Positions 14,777 to 30,340 of a DNA stretch of 32,000 nucleotides are shown here, piece by piece. The notes under the pieces are model-generated. The model was not told the DNA's origin, did no database searches, and worked only from the letters and a program-made list of their open reading frames with translations. Origin of the DNA: Schaalia odontolytica (GTDB lineage Bacteria; Actinomycetota; Actinomycetes; Actinomycetales; Actinomycetaceae); assembly GCF_005696695.1 (NCBI RefSeq), contig NZ_CP040006.1, forward strand, positions 1,170,001 to 1,202,000. Reading direction: 5' to 3'. Position 1 is the stretch's first letter, and the number at the start of each line of letters is the position of its first letter. Made by a program: the position numbers and the translations under genes.

Positions 14777-15340
14777 GTGGCCGGAGTGCACGCAGATCGC
14801 GCATCGCGCGGCAAAGAAGTATTGGGAGTTGGCGACGTCGCACGCTCCCTGACCCGTATCGCCTATGAGATCGTCGAACGAAACGGCGGCAGCGATAACC
14901 TCGTCATCGCAGGCATCCCCACTCGTGGCGCAACGTTGGCGCGTCGTCTCGTCAATCGCATTCGGGAAGTCTCCGGCACCTACGCGGAACTCGCAATCAT
15001 CGACACCACGATGTACCGCGACGACCTGGCCTCTCAGCCCCTGAGGGCTCCGAAAGAGACCCTGGTGCCTCGCACTGGCATCAACGGCAAGACCGTCGTC
15101 CTCGTTGACGACGTGTTGTACACCGGACGCACCATCAAGGCTGCGCTCGACGCTCTTACTCGTATCGGTCGCCCGGCGGCCGTTCAGCTCGCAGTCCTCG
15201 TCGACCGAGGCCACCGCGAGCTTCCGATTCGCCCGGACTACGTCGGCAAGAACCTGCCGACCTCCCGCGACGAAATCGTCACCATTCTGCTCGACGAAAC
15301 AGACGGGCGCGATGGCGTCCTTCTCGGGAAAGGCCTGTAA
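14777..15340 (+). CDS. pyrR: Bifunctional pyrimidine operon regulator / uracil phosphoribosyltransferase PyrR
   Basis: Sequence segments LTRIAYEIVERN...LVIAGIPTRGATLARRL and the PRPP motif VVLVDDVLYTGRT. It is the first gene of the pyr operon. Confidence 0.93.
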   Translation: MAGVHADRASRGKEVLGVGDVARSLTRIAYEIVERNGGSDNLVIAGIPTRGATLARRLVNRIREVSGTYAELAIIDTTMYRDDLASQPLRAPKETLVPRTGINGKTVVLVDDVLYTGRTIKAALDALTRIGRPAAVQLAVLVDRGHRELPIRPDYVGKNLPTSRDEIVTILLDETDGRDGVLLGKGL

Positions 15341-15343
15341 ACG

Positions 15344-16330
15344 ATGAGCCTGAGCCATCTCATTTCGATCCGTGATTTGACGCGCGAGGAGGCGATTCTG
15401 ATCCTCGACACGGCGGAGCAGATGGCCGCCACTCAGCGCCATGGCGTGAAGAAGCTTCCGACGCTTCAGGGAAAAACCGTCGTCAACCTCTTTTTCGAGG
15501 ATTCGACGCGCACCCGCATCTCCTTTGAGACCGCCGCTAAGCGCCTGAGCGCCGACGTCATCAACTTCCAGTCCCGCGGCTCCTCGGTTTCCAAGGGCGA
15601 GTCCCTGAAGGACACCGCGCTCACGCTGGAGGCCATGGGCGCGGACGCGGTCATCGTGCGCCACTCCTCGTCGGGCGCGGCACACCGTCTCGCGCACGCC
15701 GGCTGGATGAATCTGCCGGTCCTCAACGCGGGTGACGGCACCCACCAGCATCCGACGCAGGCACTGCTCGACGCGATGACCCTGCGCCGCCACTACGCAC
15801 CGTCGCTCGGCGAGGATGGAACGCCCGCCCCCGGCTCCGGCCTCGACGGCGCACACGTCGTTATCGTCGGCGACGTCCTCCACTCGCGCGTGGCGCGCTC
15901 CAACGTCGATCTCCTGACGCTCCTGGGTGCCCGCGTCACCCTCGTAGCACCCCCGACGCTCCTGCCGATCGGCGTGGAGACTTGGAACTGCGACACCTCC
16001 TACAACTTTGACGAGGCCCTGGCGAGCCGCCCCGACGCGGTCATGATGCTGCGCGTGCAGCGCGAGCGCATGTCGAGCGCGGGCGGTGGTTTCTTCCCGT
16101 CGCCCGGCGCCTACCACGCGGAGTACGGCCTCACCCCAGCACGCTTCGCCACACTGGCGCCCAACGCTGTCGTCATGCATCCCGGCCCGATGAACCGAGG
16201 CCTCGAAATCTGCGCCGAGGCAGCCGACTCAGACCAATCTGTCATCGTCGAACAGGTGTCGAACGGTGTGTGCATCCGCATGGCCGCCCTCTACCTGCTT
16301 CTCGCATCGGAAGGACACAGCAATGACTGA
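15344..16330 (+). CDS. pyrB: Aspartate carbamoyltransferase catalytic subunit
   Basis: Motifs [22 protein letters not shown] and HPGPMNRG. Confidence 0.95.
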   Translation: MSLSHLISIRDLTREEAILILDTAEQMAATQRHGVKKLPTLQGKTVVNLFFEDSTRTRISFETAAKRLSADVINFQSRGSSVSKGESLKDTALTLEAMGADAVIVRHSSSGAAHRLAHAGWMNLPVLNAGDGTHQHPTQALLDAMTLRRHYAPSLGEDGTPAPGSGLDGAHVVIVGDVLHSRVARSNVDLLTLLGARVTLVAPPTLLPIGVETWNCDTSYNFDEALASRPDAVMMLRVQRERMSSAGGGFFPSPGAYHAEYGLTPARFATLAPNAVVMHPGPMNRGLEICAEAADSDQSVIVEQVSNGVCIRMAALYLLLASEGHSND

Positions 16331-17642
16331 ACAGACCCGTGACATCCTGATCACCGGCGCCTCGCTGCTCGGCGGCGAGCCCACTGACATTGCGCTGTCC
16401 GGTGGCACCATCGTCGCGATCGGGGCCGACGCCCGCAACGCCGTGCGTGACCCGCGCGTCATCGACGCTGAGGGCCTGATCGCCCTGCCCGGCCTCGTCG
16501 ACATCCACACCCACCTGCGCCAGCCCGGCGGCGAGGACGCCGAGACCGTCTTCACCGGCACGCGAGCGGCCGCGGTCGGCGGCTACACGGCCGTCCACGC
16601 GATGGCCAACACGACGCCCACGCAGGATACGGCAGCCATCGTCGACCAGGTGCTGCGCCTGGGCGAGGAGGCCGACTGGGTCGAGGTTCGTCCCGTCGGC
16701 GCCGTCACCAAGGGCCTGGAAGGCAAGCAGCTCGCTTCGCTCGGCTCGATGGCCCGTTCGCGCTCGAAGGTCCGCGTCTTCTCCGACGACGGCAAGTGCG
16801 TGTCCGATCCCGTCCTCATGCGCCGCGCCCTCGAATACGTCAAGGGCTTCGGCGGGGTGATCGCCCAGCACAGCCAGGACCCGGCCCTTACCGAGGGCGC
16901 TCAGATGAACGAGTCGACGCTGTCCGGCGAGCTCGGTCTGGCCGGTTGGCCGGCTGTCGCTGAAGAGGCGATCATCGCCCGCGACATCCTGCTCGCCAAG
17001 CACGTCGGCTCGCGCCTGCACGTGTGTCACCTGTCGACCGCGGGTTCGGTTGACCTCGTGCGCTGGGGTAAGGCACAGGGTGTGGATATCACGGCCGAGG
17101 CCACGCCTCACCACCTGCTCCTGACCGAGCAGCTGGCCGCCACCTACGACCCGCTTTACAAGGTGAACCCGCCGCTGCGCCGTGCCGAGGACGTCGAGGC
17201 GGTGCGCGAAGGCCTCGCCGACGGCACGATCGACTGCATCGGCACTGACCACGCTCCGCATCCCCTCGAGATGAAGGACTGCGAGTGGCAGGCCGGCGCA
17301 TTCGGCATGACCGGCCTGGAAACGGCGCTGCCGATCATCATCGAGACGATGGTGAACACGGGCCGTATGGACTGGGCGGACGTCGCACGCGTGATGTCGA
17401 CTGTTCCCGCCCAGATTGGCCGCGTGGAATCGCAGGGCCAGGGCCTGGTCGTCGGCGCCCCCGCACACGTCACCCTCGTCGATGCGACGGTGCGCGTGAC
17501 AGTTGACCCCGCCAAGCAGTGGACACGCTCCACGAACTGCCCCTTCCGCGGCATGGAACTGCCCGGACAGGTGCGTTACACGATCTACAACGGCGTCCCG
17601 ACGGTCGTCGACGCCACCCCGATTGCCAAGGAGGACCGATGA
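16323..17642 (+). CDS. pyrC: Dihydroorotase
   Basis: ATG 16323 ([10 protein letters not shown]) overlaps the pyrB end by 8 nt. The metal-binding motif is [11 protein letters not shown], and GTDHAPH is also present. The track start at 16266 lies inside pyrB. Confidence 0.92.
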   Translation: MTEQTRDILITGASLLGGEPTDIALSGGTIVAIGADARNAVRDPRVIDAEGLIALPGLVDIHTHLRQPGGEDAETVFTGTRAAAVGGYTAVHAMANTTPTQDTAAIVDQVLRLGEEADWVEVRPVGAVTKGLEGKQLASLGSMARSRSKVRVFSDDGKCVSDPVLMRRALEYVKGFGGVIAQHSQDPALTEGAQMNESTLSGELGLAGWPAVAEEAIIARDILLAKHVGSRLHVCHLSTAGSVDLVRWGKAQGVDITAEATPHHLLLTEQLAATYDPLYKVNPPLRRAEDVEAVREGLADGTIDCIGTDHAPHPLEMKDCEWQAGAFGMTGLETALPIIIETMVNTGRMDWADVARVMSTVPAQIGRVESQGQGLVVGAPAHVTLVDATVRVTVDPAKQWTRSTNCPFRGMELPGQVRYTIYNGVPTVVDATPIAKEDR

Positions 17643-18825
17643 CCACGTCCGATATCGCTCTGCTCGTCCTGGAGGACGGCACCGTTTTCAAGGGCCGCGC
17701 ATGGGGCGCGAAGGGCCGCACGCTCGGCGAGATCGTGTTCTCGACCGGCATGACCGGCTACCAGGAGACACTCACCGACCCGTCGTACCACCGCCAGATC
17801 GTCGTCATGACCGCCCCGCACATCGGTAACACCGGCGTCAACGACGAGGATCCCGAGTCCTCACGCATCTGGGTCGCGGGCTTCGTCGTGCGCGATGCCG
17901 CCCGCCGCGCCTCCAACTGGCGCTCGCGCCGCGAGCTTGAGGACGAACTGATCTCTCAGGGCATCGTCGGCATCGCGGACGTCGACACCCGTGCGATCAC
18001 CCGCCACATCCGCGAGCGCGGAGCGATGCGCGCCGGCATCTTCTCGGGTGACGCGCTGCCCGTGGGCGCGCAGTACCTGGGGGACGAGGCCGTGGCCTCC
18101 CTCATGCGCATCGTCGCCGAGTCGCCCGCGATGAGCGGCCAGGCACTCGCCGCCGAGGTGTCGACGGACGAAACCTACGTGGTGGAGCCTCTCGGCGACT
18201 TCGAGGGCAAGGAACCCATCGCGCGCGTCGTCGCTGTCGACCTGGGTATCAAGTCGCGCACGCCGTACCACCTGGCTGCGCGTGGAGCGCGCGTCTACGT
18301 GGTGCCCTCCACCGCGTCCTTCGCGGACATCGAGGCACTGAAGCCGGACGGCGTCTTCTTCTCCAACGGACCCGGTGACCCCTCGACGGCCGACCGCGAG
18401 ATCGGCGTGCTGCGCGCCGTCCTCGACGCGGGTATTCCGTACTTCGGCATTTGCTTCGGTCACCAGCTCTTCGGCCGTGCGCTTGGCTACGGCACCTACA
18501 AGCTGGACTATGGTCACCGCGGCATCAACCAGCCGGTGAAGGACGTGGCCACGGGCCGCGTGGAGATCACCGCTCACAACCACGGCTTCGCGGTGGATGC
18601 TCCGGTGGGGGAGCCCTCGGTCGCTCCCTTCGAGTCGGGCCGCTACGGGCGCGTCGAGGTCTCGCACGTCGGCCTCAACGACGGTGTCGTCGAGGGCCTG
18701 CGTGCCCTGGACATTCCCGCCTTCTCCGTTCAGTACCACCCCGAGGCAGCTGCAGGCCCGCACGACGGCGAGCTGCTCTTCGATCGCTTTATTTCCCTGA
18801 TGACTGCCGCTAAGGAGACCCACTG

Positions 18826-18826
<1 letters not shown>
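17639..18826 (+). CDS. carA: Carbamoyl-phosphate synthase small (glutaminase) subunit
   Basis: ATG 17639 (ATGA overlap with the pyrC stop) gives [24 protein letters not shown]. The GATase motifs [13 protein letters not shown] and QYHPEA are present. Confidence 0.93.
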
Positions 18827-22121
<3,295 letters not shown>

Positions 22122-22125
<4 letters not shown>

Positions 22126-22988
22126 CTACTTCCGGAATCAAGCCTGCCACCTCGGTCGGCTTCGGCGACCGCCTGTACGCCGCTATGCGCGCGTATGGAC
22201 CCGTGTGCGTGGGCATCGATCCTCACGCGGGCCTGCTGCAGGAATGGGGACTTGACGACGACGCGAACGGTGTGCGAGAGTTCTCTCTTCGCGTCATCGA
22301 GGCGCTCGGCGGTCGTGTCGCCGCCTTCAAGCCTCAGGCAGCGTTTTTCGAACGGCACGGCTCTCGAGGCGTCGCTGTGCTCGAGGAAGTCATCGCCGCC
22401 TGCCGCGAGGTCGGCACGCTGTGCATCGTGGATGCCAAGCGCGGTGACATCGGCTCGACGATGGACGGCTATGCGCAGGCATTCCTATCCGATTCTTCGC
22501 CGCTGGCGGGCGACGCCGTCACGCTCTCGCCCTACCTCGGCGTCGGATCGCTGACCCCCGCCCTCGAGTTGGCGCGCCAGACCGGCAGGGGAGTGTTCGT
22601 CTTGGCACTCACCTCCAACCCCGAGGGAGCCTCCGTTCAGCACGCCCGCGGCGAGGACGGAACCAGCGTTGCGGGCCGCGTCGTGTCCCAACTGGCGGAC
22701 TTTAACAGCCAGTGTGACCAACAACACCTAGGCCCTGCTGGCATCGTCGTCGGGGCCACGGTCGGCGATGCGGTGAAGCGTTTGGGCATCGATCTCGCCT
22801 CACTGAATGGCGCTTTTTTGGCTCCAGGAGTGGGCGCACAGGGCGCTGGCCCCGCGCAGGTCAGGGAGGTTTTCGCCGGCGCCGAAGATGCTGTCCTCGC
22901 CTCGTCTTCCCGTGCAATCTTGCGCTCAGGCCCCAGCATCGCCGGCCTTCGAGACGCCTACCGTGCAACGGTCGATTCGCTGCAATAA
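22122..22988 (+). CDS. pyrF: Orotidine 5'-phosphate decarboxylase (long, actinobacterial type)
   Basis: ATG 22122 (ATGA overlap with the carB stop). Motifs FKPQAAFFE and [11 protein letters not shown]. Confidence 0.9.
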
Positions 22989-23089
22989 TCTGCTGTGTTA
23001 CTAAAGAAGCAGCGTTTTGGTCTGGCACTAGTGGTCTGGAAGGTGACATAGCTTATTTACCGAAGATCCCAACCGAGGAGATGATCAGA

Positions 23090-23401
23090 ATGGCACTACC
23101 TGATCTCACGCCAGAACAGAGGGCGCAAGCTCTCGAGAAGGCAACGCAGGCACGGAGGCGTCGCGCCGAAGTGAAGAACGCGCTCAAGGCGCGCTCGATG
23201 AACCTCTCGGAGGTTTTGGAACTCGCTGATTCAGACGAAGCAGTCGCGAAGATGAAGGTCGTTTCGCTACTGGAGTCGCTGCCGCGCGTCGGCACGAACA
23301 CGGCTGCCGTACTGATGGACGAGTACAAGATCGCCCAGAGCAGGCGCGTGCGTGGCCTCGGCCCCGTCCAGCGGAAGGCGCTCGTCGAGCGTTTCGGCTG
23401 A
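23090..23401 (+). CDS. mihF: Actinobacterial integration host factor mIHF
   Basis: MALPDLTPEQRAQALEKATQARRRRAEVKNALK...RRVRGLGPVQRKALVERFG closely resembles mycobacterial mIHF. ATG 23090 sits 9 nt after GAGGAG, whereas the track start 23081 abuts the RBS. Confidence 0.88.
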   Translation: MALPDLTPEQRAQALEKATQARRRRAEVKNALKARSMNLSEVLELADSDEAVAKMKVVSLLESLPRVGTNTAAVLMDEYKIAQSRRVRGLGPVQRKALVERFG

Positions 23402-23428
23402 CGCGGTCAAGCGTGGCACACTTGAGTC

Positions 23429-23986
23429 ATGACTAAGGCTCAACTGACTGTCCTCGCTGGCCCTACAGCCGTTGGAAAGGGAACTGTTGTCGCTGCGCTC
23501 ACGAAGCGCTACCCGACGCTCAACGTGTCGGTCTCGGCAACAACTCGCGATCCTCGGCCCGGTGAACTGAACGGCGTCCACTACTACTTTGTCTCCGCCC
23601 AAGAGTTCGATGCAATGATCGAACGCGGAGACATGTTGGAGTGGGCGCTTGTTCATGGGAAAAACAAGTACGGGACGCCTCGCGGACCCGTCGATGAAGC
23701 CCTCGCTGCTGGCAAGCCCGTGCTTCTTGAGATCGACCTGGCCGGCGCGCGCCAGGTCCGCACCAACAGGCCCGACGCACAGTTCATTTTCTTGGCTCCA
23801 CCTTCGTGGGAGGAGCTCGAGCGTCGCCTCATTGGCCGCGGCACGGAAGGCCCCGAGGAACAGGCTCGCCGTCTGGCTACCGCCCGCGTTGAGCTCGAGG
23901 CTGCCTCGGAGTTTGACCATGTTGTGATCAACGACGACGTGGAGCGCGCGGTGGATGAGCTGGCTCGGCTCATTGGCCTGGAGTAG
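23429..23986 (+). CDS. gmk: Guanylate kinase
   Basis: The P-loop is LAGPTAVGKGT, followed by SATTRDPRPGELNGVHYYFV. It lies in mihF-gmk-rpoZ order. Confidence 0.93.
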   Translation: MTKAQLTVLAGPTAVGKGTVVAALTKRYPTLNVSVSATTRDPRPGELNGVHYYFVSAQEFDAMIERGDMLEWALVHGKNKYGTPRGPVDEALAAGKPVLLEIDLAGARQVRTNRPDAQFIFLAPPSWEELERRLIGRGTEGPEEQARRLATARVELEAASEFDHVVINDDVERAVDELARLIGLE

Positions 23987-24022
23987 TATCTATCTGAATC
24001 CGCCACTGAGAGGAATACACGC

Positions 24023-24289
24023 ATGTCCGGAATTGTTGCCCAGCCCGTGGGCATCACGTCCCCGCCCATTGACGATCTGCTGGAGCACGTCGATTCCAAG
24101 TACGCGCTGGTTATCTTCGCCGCGAAGCGTGCGCGCCAGATTAACTCTTACAATCTGCAGCTTCAGCAGAACATGATCCAGTTCGTGGGTCCGGTCGTCG
24201 ACGTGCAGCCGGATGAGAAGCCGCTTGCGGTTTCCCTGCGTGAGATCAACGAAGGCCTCCTGTCTCTCGAAGCTAACCCCGAGGCCTGA
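24023..24289 (+). CDS. rpoZ: DNA-directed RNA polymerase subunit omega
   Basis: 88 aa containing [37 protein letters not shown]. Follows gmk. Confidence 0.9.
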   Translation: MSGIVAQPVGITSPPIDDLLEHVDSKYALVIFAAKRARQINSYNLQLQQNMIQFVGPVVDVQPDEKPLAVSLREINEGLLSLEANPEA

Positions 24290-24290
24290 C

Positions 24291-25516
24291 ATGGCAACGA
24301 TCGTCGTCGGCGTGACCGGCGGCGTCGCAGCCTTCAAAGCACCCATCGTGGTCCGCGAGTGTCAACGCGCGGGCCACGACGTGTATGTCGCTGCGACGCG
24401 CGCGTCTTTGGATTTCGTTGGCCGTTCCACCTGGGAGGGCATCACGTCCCGCCCGGTCGCCGTGGATATCGCGGGGGAGGGGCGCGCCGAGCATGTGGAG
24501 CTCGCTCGCATCGCGGATCTCATCATCGTCGTGCCGGCGACCGCGAATTCTTTGGCGCGCCTCGCCGCTGGCTTCGCCGACGACATGGTGTCACTGACGG
24601 TTCTTGCATCGGACGCTCCCGTTGTCGTTGCCCCGGCGATGCACTCCAACATGTGGCTGGCACCAGCCACGCAGGCAAACGTGAAGACGCTTCGCGAGCG
24701 CGGCTTCCACGTCATCGAACCTGCTTCTGGCGCACTCGGATCTGGCGACAGCGGTGTTGGCCGCCTTCCCGAACCTGGGGACATCGCGCGGGCGGCTCTC
24801 GAGATCCTCGCTGCTCACGAGCAGGCATCGAGTGCTCTTGCTGGTCGCACGGTTGTTGTGACGGCCGGCGGTACGCGTGAACCCATCGATCCGGTACGTT
24901 TTCTGGGCAATAAGTCGTCCGGCCGTCAGGGACTGGCGATCGCGTCGGCAGCGGCGCGAGCCGGCGCAACGGTACGCGTGATCGCTGCAAACATCGAGTC
25001 GGCTTTGCTCGCTACGTTGCCGACGGCCGTGCAGGTGACGCGAGTGGGAAGCACCCTGCAGATGCGCGAGGCAACGTTCGCGCAGGTGGCCGATGCCGAT
25101 GCCCTCGTGATGACGGCAGCTGTCGCGGATTTCCGGCCCGAGGCCGCCTCGGAGTCGAAGATCAAGAAGGACCCATCCAACGAGGAAGCTCCGACGATTC
25201 GCCTGGTTCGTAACCCCGATATCCTCGCCGAGATCGGGCACAGCGACCAGCGCCCGCCCCTCGTCGTCGGATTCGCCGCAGAGACCGGCACCGACGAGGA
25301 GATTCTCGCCTACGGCGCTGATAAGGCAGCACGAAAGGGAGCTGATTTCATCTGCCTGAATCGGGTGGGGGAGAGCGTCGGATTCGGCGACGTACCCAAC
25401 GACATTCGACTCCTTGATGCACGCGGGACCATCGCTGGCCGTTACGTCGGCTCAAAGGATGAGGTGGCCGCTGGTCTTGTCGGCCATATGGCTTCATTCC
25501 TTGATAATCTAAAGCG

Positions 25517-25520
<4 letters not shown>
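24291..25520 (+). CDS. coaBC: Bifunctional phosphopantothenoylcysteine decarboxylase / phosphopantothenate-cysteine ligase
   Basis: ATG 24291 gives [17 protein letters not shown], the flavoprotein N-terminus. PAMHSNMW is present, and the C-terminal CoaB domain contains [22 protein letters not shown]. The track start at 24213 lies inside rpoZ. Confidence 0.92.
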
Positions 25521-26700
<1,180 letters not shown>

Positions 26701-26704
<4 letters not shown>

Positions 26705-27336
26705 GCGAGGCAGTGGAAGCCGAGGACTACCTGCCGTCGTACGAGACTGAGGGCGCTCGGCGCGCGTGGCGTCGGCGCACGAGCCTGGAAATGATGATTT
26801 CCGGCTTCATCGGCCTCGTCACGTCGTTTGTCCTCTCGATTGAGGCGTGGCAGCTCGCCGCTAACTCATCGGCGCGCTTCGGCTGCGATATTTCATCTGT
26901 GCTGTCGTGTTCAGCGGTCGCGCAGACGTGGCAGGCACGAATCCTCGGCTTTCCCAATGCGTTCCTCGGCATCTTTTTCGAGGCCGTGGTTCTCGCTATT
27001 TCCGTCGCCATTTTTGCTGGCGTGAAGTTCCCGCGCTGGTACATGCTGGGCACGAACCTGCTGTACACGATCGCGCTGTTCTTTGCGTTCTGGCTGTTCG
27101 GACAGTCGTATTTCATCATCCAGGTGCTGTGCCCGTGGTGCCTCTTGATCACCCTGACGACAACCCTCGTCTTTGGTGGAATCACTCGCATCAATATTCG
27201 CGATGGCGTCATCCCGGCGCCCGAGGGTCTGCGTCGTATCGTCGCCCAGGGTCTCGACTGGGCCCTGTGGGGTCTGATCATCTTTGGTGTCCTTGCCATG
27301 GTGGTCGCGAAGTACGGGCTGAAGCTTCTCGGCTGA
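26701..27336 (+). CDS. Vitamin K epoxide reductase (VKOR) family membrane oxidoreductase
   Basis: A polytopic membrane protein with loop cysteines C62/C70 ([19 protein letters not shown]), a GFPNAFLG segment, and a CPWC redox motif (C144/C147) inside a TM helix. Its ATG overlaps the metK stop. Confidence 0.8.
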
Positions 27337-27378
27337 GAGCGGGACGCAGATGTGTGCTGGCCGTGATTCACTAGGATC

Positions 27379-29361
27379 ATGACTTCCCAACAGGGCATGC
27401 TTGACGGTTTCGATCCGCCGCGGTCTCGGGCCGCGGAGATCGCACGCGTGCTCGTTGACGTCGATCTGCCGCACATGGATCGGCCGCTCGATTACGTCGT
27501 TCCAGACAAGTTCATCGACGAGGCCGAGGTTGGCCGCGCAGTTCGCGTGCGGTTTTCCGGCACGCGCGTGGACGGCTGGATCGTTGAGCGTACACGTCGC
27601 GATGTGCTTGACGATGCCGCGCAGATCGAATCGGTATCGTCTGCGATCCCGGTGTTGACGCCCGCACTGTATGAGGCCGCGCGTCGCATCGCACATCGCT
27701 TTCTTGCTACGACGTCGCAGGTCCTGTCGCTCGCTATCCCTCCGCGACATGCACGCGGCGAAAAGACTGTCGTACAGGCACACGCGTCGGCGTGGCCATC
27801 CGTTGACGCTCCGACTGTTTCTGAAGGCTGGGCATCCTATCGTGCTGGCGACGCGTTACTTCACCGCCTTGCAGCCGGAGAGTCTCCGCGTGCAGTCGTG
27901 ACCGCCCTGCGTCCCCGGATGCGCGCGTGTCTGTCGGATGCCATCGCTGCCACTGTTTCGTCGGGGCGCAGCGCCATCATCGTTGCTGCCACCGGAGAGG
28001 ACGCCGCGCGCTACGCACGCGCACTTGAGGAGGACCTCGGGGTGCCCGTCGCTGTGACGGGCGGTGAGGTGGCGCCCGAGGAGCGTTACCGTATCCACGT
28101 AGCCGCGACACTCGGGCGTCTTCCGATTGTGGTCGGCACGCGGTCGGCCGCGTGGGTTCCGTGTGCGAAGCTGGGCCTCATTGTCATCTGCAACGACGGC
28201 GACGATCGACTGCGAGAGCGCAGGTTCCCTCGCTGCGACGTTCTTGATATTGCCGTGCAGCGGTGCGCGGTGGAGGGCGCAGGGCTCCTTGTTGCTTCCT
28301 TCGCACGCTCCGTGAAGGCACAGGCTCTCGTCCGTTCTGGATGGGCGGTCAGTCTCGATCCGGTGCCCGGCGCGCTGCGCGACGCGACTCCACGCGTGCA
28401 TCTGCACGGCGCGACGGAAGCAGAACGTGAGGGCGCCAGCGGCCACATGCGCATTCCCCCGGCAGCGTTGCGCATGATTCGCCAGGGCCTGCGCGAAGGC
28501 CTCGTTCTCATCCAGGTCGCAGCGTCCGGCTATTGGCCCACGGTCGTGTGCCGCCGTTGCAGCGAGCGAGCGCGCTGCCGCCATTGCTCGGGTCCTCTCG
28601 CAGTCAATAGCGGGGGAGAGGTCACCTGTTCGTGGTGCGCCCGCGCCACTGGTACTTGGCGGTGCCCACACTGCTCGGGAACAGAGCTCCGCGCAGCTCG
28701 CGTGGGATCGACGCGCACCGCCGAAGAGATCGCGCGCAACCTGCCGGACGCATCGGTCCTCGAGTCATCGGCTGCACACAGAATCACCCGCCAACTGCAC
28801 TCACGCCCCACGGTCGTCGTTGCTACGCCGGGAGCTGAGCCAGACGTGGACGGTGGCTACGCCGCCGCCATCATCCTCGACGCGCACGCTCTGGCTGGGC
28901 GAGCCGAACTGTGGGCCCCGGAGGAGGCTGCCCGGCGGTGGCTCAACGCGCTGTCCCTTGTCCGCCCAGGCCACCCCGGCCTCGTCGTCGGGACGATTCC
29001 CGATGCGTTGGGGCAGGCACTCGTGCGCTGGGCCCCCACCGACTACGCCGATCGTCTTCTCGATGAGCGCGAGGCCCTGGGCTTCTTTCCGGCCACGACG
29101 ATGGTTGCCCTCGATGGGCCAGCGGCTCAGGTCCGTCAGGTCGCCGAACAGGTGATTCGCGATGGAGGAGCTGAGCTGGTCGGCACCGTCGTGCGCCCGG
29201 CGACGCGCGAGGGCGAGGAAAACGAAGTACGCACACTGGTGCGCAGCCCGTTGGCCGGGGCGACGTCGATGCTCGCGGTGCTTACCGATATTCGACGCTC
29301 ACGCAGTGCGCGCAAGGTTCCACTCGTCAAAATGAGCGTGAACCCACCCGAGCTCTTCTGA
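27379..29361 (+). CDS. priA: Primosomal protein N' (PriA) homolog with degenerate helicase ATPase motifs
   Basis: The N-terminus VLVDVDLPHMDRPLDYVVP...AVRVRFSGTRVDGWIV resembles the PriA 3'-DNA-binding domain. VVGTRSA and an 8-Cys zinc module (CRRCSERARCRHCSG...CSWCARATGTWRCPHCSG) are present. It occupies the conserved position between metK and fmt. The start codon is uncertain (weak RBS; alternative ATG 27397). Confidence 0.85.
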   Translation: MTSQQGMLDGFDPPRSRAAEIARVLVDVDLPHMDRPLDYVVPDKFIDEAEVGRAVRVRFSGTRVDGWIVERTRRDVLDDAAQIESVSSAIPVLTPALYEAARRIAHRFLATTSQVLSLAIPPRHARGEKTVVQAHASAWPSVDAPTVSEGWASYRAGDALLHRLAAGESPRAVVTALRPRMRACLSDAIAATVSSGRSAIIVAATGEDAARYARALEEDLGVPVAVTGGEVAPEERYRIHVAATLGRLPIVVGTRSAAWVPCAKLGLIVICNDGDDRLRERRFPRCDVLDIAVQRCAVEGAGLLVASFARSVKAQALVRSGWAVSLDPVPGALRDATPRVHLHGATEAEREGASGHMRIPPAALRMIRQGLREGLVLIQVAASGYWPTVVCRRCSERARCRHCSGPLAVNSGGEVTCSWCARATGTWRCPHCSGTELRAARVGSTRTAEEIARNLPDASVLESSAAHRITRQLHSRPTVVVATPGAEPDVDGGYAAAIILDAHALAGRAELWAPEEAARRWLNALSLVRPGHPGLVVGTIPDALGQALVRWAPTDYADRLLDEREALGFFPATTMVALDGPAAQVRQVAEQVIRDGGAELVGTVVRPATREGEENEVRTLVRSPLAGATSMLAVLTDIRRSRSARKVPLVKMSVNPPELF

Positions 29362-29395
29362 GTCAGGGCCTGCGTAGTGCCGTAAACTGGCGGCC

Positions 29396-30340
29396 GTGCG
29401 CATTATTTTTGCTGGTACCCCCGAGGCCGCAGTTCCCACACTGCGGGCCCTGCTGTCGTCGTCCCACGAGGTCGCCCTCGTCATCACGCGCCCGCCGGCT
29501 CGGCGCGGCCGCGGAAAGACGATGTACCCGTCACCGGTGGCAGAGGTTGCCACCGAATTCGGCGTGGAGCTGTTGGAGACAACGACGCTGAAGACCCCCG
29601 ACATCGCTCAGCGCATCGAGGACGTGCAGGCGGACCTTGGTGTCGTTGTTGCTTACGGCGGCCTCGTCCCCCTGAACGTGCTGGCAATGCCCGTACACGG
29701 GTGGGTCAACCTGCATTTCTCGGATCTGCCGAGGTGGCGCGGAGCTGCTCCTGTCCAGTGGGCGATTCGCGAGGGGGATGCGACGACCGCGTCCTGCGTG
29801 TTCAACCTCGAGGAGGGCCTGGATACCGGCGACGTCTATTCGCGCGTCGAGGTTCCGATCGGACATGAGAGCGCGGGCGAGCTGCTCTCATCCATGGCCG
29901 AGGCCGGGGCGGACCAGGTGCTCGGCGTTGTCGATGCGCTCGCCGCTGGCAGCGCAAGCGCTACTCCGCAGCCTTCCGAGGGCATCACGCATGCTCGCCG
30001 CCTCGAGCACGTCGACGGCTACGTGTCATTCACGCACGATGCCGGGTACGAGGATCGCGTCATTCGTTCTGTGACGCCCAATCCCGGCGCCTACACGGTG
30101 TTGCCGGGCGGGGCACGCATGAAGCTCGACAAGGCAACGCCCGTGGACCGTGACGATCTCGCTCCCGGGCAGCTCGAAGTGACGAAGAAGCAGGTCACCG
30201 TCGGGTGTACGAGCGGTGCTCTCGTGCTCGGAAAGGTGGCGCCGGCCGGTAAGTCCTGGATGGACGCGGCCGCCTGGGCGAGGGGAGCGCGGCCTTCCGA
30301 AGACCTTCGCCTTGGTGGAGAGCTGGAGGGTGAGCGATGA
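29396..30340 (+). CDS. fmt: Methionyl-tRNA formyltransferase
   Basis: The N-terminus is MRIIFAGTPEAAVPTL and the catalytic region is NLHFSDLPRWRGAAPVQWAI. GTG start. Confidence 0.93.
   Translation: MRIIFAGTPEAAVPTLRALLSSSHEVALVITRPPARRGRGKTMYPSPVAEVATEFGVELLETTTLKTPDIAQRIEDVQADLGVVVAYGGLVPLNVLAMPVHGWVNLHFSDLPRWRGAAPVQWAIREGDATTASCVFNLEEGLDTGDVYSRVEVPIGHESAGELLSSMAEAGADQVLGVVDALAAGSASATPQPSEGITHARRLEHVDGYVSFTHDAGYEDRVIRSVTPNPGAYTVLPGGARMKLDKATPVDRDDLAPGQLEVTKKQVTVGCTSGALVLGKVAPAGKSWMDAAAWARGARPSEDLRLGGELEGER

Noticed and set aside
22990-23039. A weak hairpin after pyrF (CTGCT...AGCAG followed by CGTTTTGG) and an 8-nt direct repeat TGGTCTGG (23018-23025, 23032-23039) upstream of mihF.
   Set aside because: The stem is only 5 bp with a 13-nt loop, and an 8-nt repeat is too short to separate from chance. 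They may be a weak terminator and promoter element but are not supportable as features.
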